DNA of 42,863 bases from Blastocatellia bacterium (GTDB lineage Bacteria; Acidobacteriota; Blastocatellia; RBC074): positions 1-42,863 of the forward strand of contig JANMKB010000163.1 in assembly GCA_031371805.1 (NCBI GenBank). Direction: 5' to 3'. How positions within the stretch are numbered: the first letter of the stretch is position 1; each line of letters begins with the position of its first letter. Under the pieces are notes generated by a model, which did not search any database, was not told where the DNA came from, and worked only from the letters and a program-made list of their open reading frames with translations. Made by a program: the position numbers and the translations under genes. Below are positions 38,010 through 42,863 of this stretch, one piece after another.

Positions 38010-39572
38010 ATGGCACAACCACTTCGCATCGAACCTAAATCAGTCATCGAAATTCATAGTCCGGCAACGCTCAACAAAATCGGTGAAGTTGCGATTGATT
38101 CTGCTGCGGATGTGCGTGTCGCTGTGGCTTCAGCACGTGCTGCGTTTCAGCAATGGAGAGCATTAAGCATTAAGGAACGCGCTAACGTCCTGTTGTCGGC
38201 GCGTGATCTCCTGCTTGCGCGACAGGAGGAAATCGTTCAGTTGCTTTGTGCAGAAAACGGCAAGCCGCGCATCGAAGCGATTGTCGAATTAACGTATGTC
38301 TGTGATGTCATCACATTTTATGCAAAGAACGCCAGAAAATTTCTTAAGTCAGAACGCATCACACCGCATTTGTTACGCAACAAAAAAGTCACAGTGCATT
38401 ACGAACCACGTGGGGTAATCGGTATGATTACACCCTGGAATTTTCCGCTTGTGCTGACCCTCGGCGAAGCAATTCCGGCGTTGATGGCGGGTAACGTGGT
38501 TATTATCAAGCCTTCGGAATGGACTCCGCTAATTGCCAAACTTGGCTGCGAAATTTTGCAGCAGGCATTCACGAATGCGGGATTGCCAGCGGAAATTTTG
38601 CAGGTCGTTAACGGCTTTGGCGACGCAGGCACGGCGCTGGTTGATGAAGCCGATATGATTGCGTTTACAGGCAGCGTAAAAACCGGAAAATTAATTGCGG
38701 CACGCGCGGCCCAACGATTAATCCCGGTCAGCCTCGAACTCGGCGGCAAAGACCCGATGATCGTGTTGCGCGATGCTGACATCGAACGGGCGGCAAATGC
38801 CGCCGTGTGGGGCGCGTTCACAAACTCCGGCCAGGTCTGTATTTCGGTCGAGCGCGTTTATGTTGACGAAGCAATTGCCGATGAATTTACCAAACGTGTC
38901 GTCGAAAAAACCCGTGCCCTGCGCCAGGGCGTTGATGCCACAGAGGCCAATGACGACAGGCGCATTGATGTGGGCGCGATGACTTTTCCGAAACAAATCG
39001 AACTGGTCGAAGAGCATGTCAACGATGCCAAAGTACGCGGGGCAAAAATCGTGACTGGTGGTCAGCGCAATCCAAATTTACCAGGCAGATTTTTTGAGCC
39101 GACAGTTCTCACGGGCGTTGATCATTCGATGAAAATTATGACCGAAGAAACCTTCGGCCCTGTGCTGCCCATAATGCGCGTCAAAGATGAACACGAAGCT
39201 TTGCGTCTGGCAAACGATTCGAATTACGGATTGAATGCCAGTGTCTGGACGAAGGACAAGGCGAAAGGTGAACGCATCGCTGCCAAAGTTGAAGCGGGAC
39301 TTACCTGTGTGAATGATGTAGTAATTGGTTTCGGAGTGACCGACGCTCCGTCCGGCGGCCTGAAGGAAAGCGGCATCGGCAAACGTCACGGCGCACCCGG
39401 CATTAAGCGGTTCTGTCATGAACAGGTTATTATTACTGATCGCTTCGGACTGAAACGCGAAATTCTTTGGTATCCTTACTCCGCCAGCACTGAAAAATTG
39501 CTGCTGCGCACAATTGGCTTTCTCTTCTCAAATCGGTTATTGTCCAAATTTAAAGCAGTATTCGGAAAATAA
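38010..39572 (+). CDS. NAD(P)+-dependent aldehyde dehydrogenase (GabD2/succinate-semialdehyde-dehydrogenase-like) with a hydrophobic C-terminal extension
   Basis: ITPWNFP, KPSEWTP, ELGGKDP (catalytic Glu), FTNSGQVCISVERVYV (catalytic Cys) and EETFGPV motifs. It starts 10 nt after the yceI-like stop. Confidence 0.9.
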   Translation: MAQPLRIEPKSVIEIHSPATLNKIGEVAIDSAADVRVAVASARAAFQQWRALSIKERANVLLSARDLLLARQEEIVQLLCAENGKPRIEAIVELTYVCDVITFYAKNARKFLKSERITPHLLRNKKVTVHYEPRGVIGMITPWNFPLVLTLGEAIPALMAGNVVIIKPSEWTPLIAKLGCEILQQAFTNAGLPAEILQVVNGFGDAGTALVDEADMIAFTGSVKTGKLIAARAAQRLIPVSLELGGKDPMIVLRDADIERAANAAVWGAFTNSGQVCISVERVYVDEAIADEFTKRVVEKTRALRQGVDATEANDDRRIDVGAMTFPKQIELVEEHVNDAKVRGAKIVTGGQRNPNLPGRFFEPTVLTGVDHSMKIMTEETFGPVLPIMRVKDEHEALRLANDSNYGLNASVWTKDKAKGERIAAKVEAGLTCVNDVVIGFGVTDAPSGGLKESGIGKRHGAPGIKRFCHEQVIITDRFGLKREILWYPYSASTEKLLLRTIGFLFSNRLLSKFKAVFGK

Positions 39573-39621
39573 GTATCTCTCCTTAATTTTTTAATTGTAA
39601 TTTCGATTTGAAAGGCATTTT

Positions 39622-41421
39622 ATGACCATCCAAGTTGCTGCGCCTCTTATTGACGGTGGCAAGCTGATCGTTTTGACGGCTCCGCTGACTGAAATCATTG
39701 ATCACGCAGGCTATTTTATTCAGATGAGCATGGCTTCGCTGCCAATTTGGTTAGAAGGAATTCTCAACAAAAAATATCCTACGTGGCGCGATGTTGAATA
39801 CAACGACGATGGTTCCGCAAAATACATGCTGGCGGGCATTCGCGTGGTCGAGGCTTCGTTGCTGCGCCAATATAGTGCGGACGACATCGCCTGCTGCTAT
39901 CCGCAGGACCTGCACAAATTCGTTGGCCCGAACACGCGCGTCGTTGCCGTGTCTACACACAATCCGCTAGGCGTGACGTTTGCGGCGGGTGTGTATACTT
40001 CGATTTTTGGCTCTTCGCGTGAGCCAATCAATTCGCATTACTCGAAAGAATTATTTGCGGACATCAAAAGCAATCCGCATCGCAGCAATTTCAAAGTGAT
40101 TGTCGGTGGCAGCGGCGGCTGGCAAATTATTCAAACCAACAGTTACGAAGAACTCAGCATTGATTGCGTGGTCGAAGGACGCAGCGAATCTGCGGACACG
40201 CTGGATTTATTTGCCAAAGCAATTCGCGGCGAGGAATTGCCAAAACAAATTAATGTCGTACATCCGAAAGATCGCGACGCGTTTTTGTTTCCTGACAAAC
40301 GCACGACCTTTGGCGTAGTTGAAATGACAACGGGATGCGGTCGCCGCTGTCAATTTTGCGTACCGGATCTGAATCCGCAAATTGACATGCCCAAAGACAA
40401 AATTATGGGCGCAGTTCAGGCGAACGTGCGCGATGGCAACAAGCAGATTTCGCTCGCAACAGAAGACATGTTTATTTGGGGACAGGTTCACACTGACATT
40501 CCATTTTATTTCCCGAACCGCGAAGCGCTGCTGGATTTATACGGCGACATCGTTGATACGCCCGGCGTCGAACAACATGTTCTGAGCCACTCGACCATTG
40601 CGCCAGCGGTCGTTGATCCACTGCTGATCAAAAAATTATCGGAAAAAATCCTGGATAAAAGCCCGATTCATTTGCCGTATCTCAGCACGCATCCAAAGAA
40701 AAAAGCTTTATGCCCATTGATTGGGCTTGAGACAGGTTCAGTTTCCATGGCGAGGAAAATTATGCCCGGCAAAGGCATTCCCTTTCAGACGGAAGACTGG
40801 CCCAGCGTTTTTATCGAAGGCCTGCGCGTGCTGAACGAAAATAATTGGTTCCCGGCAGTGACCCTGATGATTGGTAATCCTGGGGAAACGGATGAAGACA
40901 GCAAAGCTACGCTTGATTTAATTTATGAGGTTGAGCGGCGCGGCTTGTTCGCCTTCTTCATCCCATCAATTTTTACGCCGCTGCATGACACGCGGATGCA
41001 GGACAAAAAAGGCGTGACCGAAACGCAACAACTGTCGCCGTTGCAATGGCAGTTGATGATGAAATGCTGGAAGATGAATTTGCGTCCCGGACAATATAGC
41101 TGGTGGGCACCGATGGCGTGGAGAGGTGGAGCGATTGGGTTGTGGGCGTGGAAGCTGCGCAAAATCAATGGCAAAAACTTCACTTGGCCGTTGCTGATGT
41201 TTGCCAGTCTGTTGCCGGAAAAAGTAATGGCAAAGCTCGGTAAAATTTATTATGGCCAGCCGCTCAAAACAAAATCGCGCAAAGAATTACTGGTAACAAT
41301 TCGCCCGAATCAACAAAGATTTTTACGGGCTGACAATGGCGATTTGCCGGACGGCTGGCAACCATATCAGCCAAGTAAAATAACCGAGACTGTCAGTGCT
41401 GAAGTCAGTGCCGCCTCATAA
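39622..41421 (+). CDS. Radical SAM protein with an N-terminal B12-binding-like (flavodoxin-fold) domain and a Trp-rich C-terminal domain; function unknown
   Basis: CxxxCxxC cluster motif GCGRRCQFC (Cys codons at 40336, 40348 and 40357). N-terminal VVAVSTHNPLG / KVIVGG pattern typical of class-B-like rSAM enzymes. It starts 49 nt after the ALDH stop. Confidence 0.8.
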   Translation: MTIQVAAPLIDGGKLIVLTAPLTEIIDHAGYFIQMSMASLPIWLEGILNKKYPTWRDVEYNDDGSAKYMLAGIRVVEASLLRQYSADDIACCYPQDLHKFVGPNTRVVAVSTHNPLGVTFAAGVYTSIFGSSREPINSHYSKELFADIKSNPHRSNFKVIVGGSGGWQIIQTNSYEELSIDCVVEGRSESADTLDLFAKAIRGEELPKQINVVHPKDRDAFLFPDKRTTFGVVEMTTGCGRRCQFCVPDLNPQIDMPKDKIMGAVQANVRDGNKQISLATEDMFIWGQVHTDIPFYFPNREALLDLYGDIVDTPGVEQHVLSHSTIAPAVVDPLLIKKLSEKILDKSPIHLPYLSTHPKKKALCPLIGLETGSVSMARKIMPGKGIPFQTEDWPSVFIEGLRVLNENNWFPAVTLMIGNPGETDEDSKATLDLIYEVERRGLFAFFIPSIFTPLHDTRMQDKKGVTETQQLSPLQWQLMMKCWKMNLRPGQYSWWAPMAWRGGAIGLWAWKLRKINGKNFTWPLLMFASLLPEKVMAKLGKIYYGQPLKTKSRKELLVTIRPNQQRFLRADNGDLPDGWQPYQPSKITETVSAEVSAAS

Positions 41422-41445
41422 AAATGATCACAAAACAGCTTCTCC

Positions 41446-41495
41446 CAGGAAAATCACCAAGCTTGAATTGTGCTAATTTTCCTGCGGGGTTTTTA
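41446..41495 (+). terminator. Terminator of the YceI-ALDH-rSAM unit
   Basis: CAGGAAAAT ... ATTTTCCTG stem, then CGGGGTTTTTA. Confidence 0.5.
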
Positions 41496-41705
41496 TGCCC
41501 ATGAGTGGTTAAGAATTGTGCAATACATCCGTAAATTTAGTGATATAATCAATTTCTGATTTGATTTGTCAGAGATGAATCTGATCTGCCCTAAGCAAGC
41601 GTATTATAACTGATAATTGCCCCTCTTAATGAGGCCTCACGCTCACCCTGGCAGCCTCATAATATATTTACCCCCTTTAACTACTTTAGGAAGGAATTTA
41701 TTGTT

Positions 41706-42542
41706 ATGAAGAAAGTATCAATCTTACTCTCAGGTATTTTGTTGACATCCGCGCTCGTTCACGCGCAGTCTCAAACCACTGTCCAGGGGTCAGCCCAAAG
41801 CAACACCCAAACACAGGTTCACAACGCACAAGAAACCACTGTTCTTACTTCTGGAACTCAACTAAATGCTGAGTTACTAACCCAACTGGATGCGAAAAAA
41901 GTCAAACCTGGCGACGAATTTAAATTGCGCACTGTCAAACCAGTTATGGTCGGTGGCAAACGTGTCCTTAATAAAGGGGCGTTACTGACAGGACGCATTT
42001 CCGAAGTAACGAGAGCCGAAGGAAAACGTGGCACTTCCCAAATGAAATTGACCTTTGATGAAATCCGCAATAAGGATTTGACGATTCCTTTTTCAGCCAC
42101 ACTGGAACAAATCACGCAAATTTCTGCGCATAATCAGGCGGATTCTAGTTCGGATGAGCTGGGAATAATGGCACAGGGAAATGGTTCTGCTCGTTCTCAA
42201 ACCAGAGCTTCCGGTGGTGGCGGTTTGCTGGGCGGAATCACAAATACAGTTGGCAGCACAACCGGAGCCGTTACCAGCGCGACCAATAATACGCTCAGTA
42301 ATACGACGAATGTAACAGAACAAACATTAGGTCGCGTGATTGCTTCGTCTTCCAGCACAGTCAGCAATGCGACTTCTGGTGTGGGTAAAGGTTCTGGGTT
42401 AATTGCGATTTCGTCCAATACGAGCGCTGAGGCAGGCGCAAGTTCGACACTTTCTCTGACAGGGCAAAACGTGCGCATTGAAAAAGGAGCAATTTTTACT
42501 TTGCGGACTGATAAATCAATAAATGTTGCAGGCCACAAATAA
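41706..42542 (+). CDS. Secreted hypothetical protein, Ser/Thr/Gly-rich C-terminal half
   Basis: AGGAAGGA RBS and signal peptide MKKVSILLSGILLTSALVHAQ. I recognise no family. Confidence 0.55.
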   Translation: MKKVSILLSGILLTSALVHAQSQTTVQGSAQSNTQTQVHNAQETTVLTSGTQLNAELLTQLDAKKVKPGDEFKLRTVKPVMVGGKRVLNKGALLTGRISEVTRAEGKRGTSQMKLTFDEIRNKDLTIPFSATLEQITQISAHNQADSSSDELGIMAQGNGSARSQTRASGGGGLLGGITNTVGSTTGAVTSATNNTLSNTTNVTEQTLGRVIASSSSTVSNATSGVGKGSGLIAISSNTSAEAGASSTLSLTGQNVRIEKGAIFTLRTDKSINVAGHK

Positions 42543-42551
42543 AACTGTTGT

Positions 42552-42593
42552 GCAGGAGAGAAGGGTAAGAGCATACCTATCCTTCTCTCCTGC
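42552..42593. terminator. Bidirectional terminator hairpin between convergent genes
   Basis: 13-bp stem GCAGGAGAGAAGG/CCTTCTCTCCTGC with a 16-nt, partly paired loop. Confidence 0.65.
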
Positions 42594-42605
42594 GCCGCAA
42601 AATCG

Positions 42606-42863
42606 TCATAGCATAAGTTGCCCACCATTAACTTCAATTGTCTCGCCGCAAATATAGCTCGCCGCATTGGAGGCAAGAAAAACGATTACCTGCGCCGTTT
42701 CCTGTGAGGTTCCAACTCGTCCCAGCGGAATTCCGCTAACGAAATTCTGCATCATTTCAGGGGTTGAGAATGTTTCGTGAAAGGGCGTGTCAATCACGCC
42801 TGGCGAAACGCTGTTGACACGCACCCCAAACGGCGCAAATTCCTTTGCCAGCGCTTTTGTAAG
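42606..42863 (-). CDS. Short-chain dehydrogenase/reductase (SDR), C-terminal part; 5' end lies outside the window
   Basis: The frame is open to the window edge (LTKALAKEFAPFGVRVNSVSPGVIDTP...GETIEVNGG), which is the classical SDR C-terminal region. Confidence 0.85.
   Translation of the reverse strand, partial: LTKALAKEFAPFGVRVNSVSPGVIDTPFHETFSTPEMMQNFVSGIPLGRVGTSQETAQVIVFLASNAASYICGETIEVNGGQLML

Noticed and set aside
38399-39419. Minus-strand ORFs (140, 99 and 113 aa) inside the aldehyde dehydrogenase gene
   Set aside because: These are antisense shadows of a gene carrying all the ALDH catalytic motifs.
42197-42676. 159-aa minus-strand ORF overlapping the secreted protein gene and the terminator
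   Set aside because: The plus-strand gene has an RBS and a signal peptide. This ORF crosses a strong hairpin and the SDR gene end, so it is spurious.

Overview
This 42.9-kb window is mostly core chromosome, probably from an Acidobacteriota-like Gram-negative bacterium. That assignment is an inference from a CarboxypepD_reg-type TonB-dependent receptor, BamD, LPS heptose genes and the style of the palindromic repeats. I can support about 38 protein genes: carA (5' partial), a moxR-DUF58-LprI operon, two S9 peptidases, atpD-atpC, rpsT, mdh, greA, rpe, bamD, valS, a heptose kinase/GT9/Trm112 operon, a nitrilase homolog, a YceI-ALDH-radical SAM operon and a 5'-partial SDR gene at the right edge. 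There is also one tRNA-Val(CAC). I saw no CRISPR array, rRNA or intact mobile element. The only clearly accessory segment is about 4100-5760. It is an AT-rich scar holding a multiply disrupted Harbinger/IS5-like transposase, a 14-aa IS630-type tail fragment and two orphan or truncated ORFs. The points most worth a second look are: (1) a 28-nt sequence that is 26/28 identical and sits in the same reading phase inside valS and an unrelated S9 peptidase gene; (2) a nitrilase homolog whose catalytic Cys codon is Ser (SWEH instead of CWEH); (3) a terminator-bounded YceI / GabD2-like aldehyde dehydrogenase / B12-domain-like radical SAM operon of unknown function; (4) an 83-nt hairpin that fills the atpD-atpC spacer and buries the atpC initiation region; (5) a tandem AATCTGTG motif directly abutting two unrelated start codons; (6) paired self-complementary REP-like units at gene ends. 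I found no convincing complete novel multi-gene system such as a defence island. The YceI-ALDH-rSAM operon is the best candidate for undescribed biology, but its function is only inferred.
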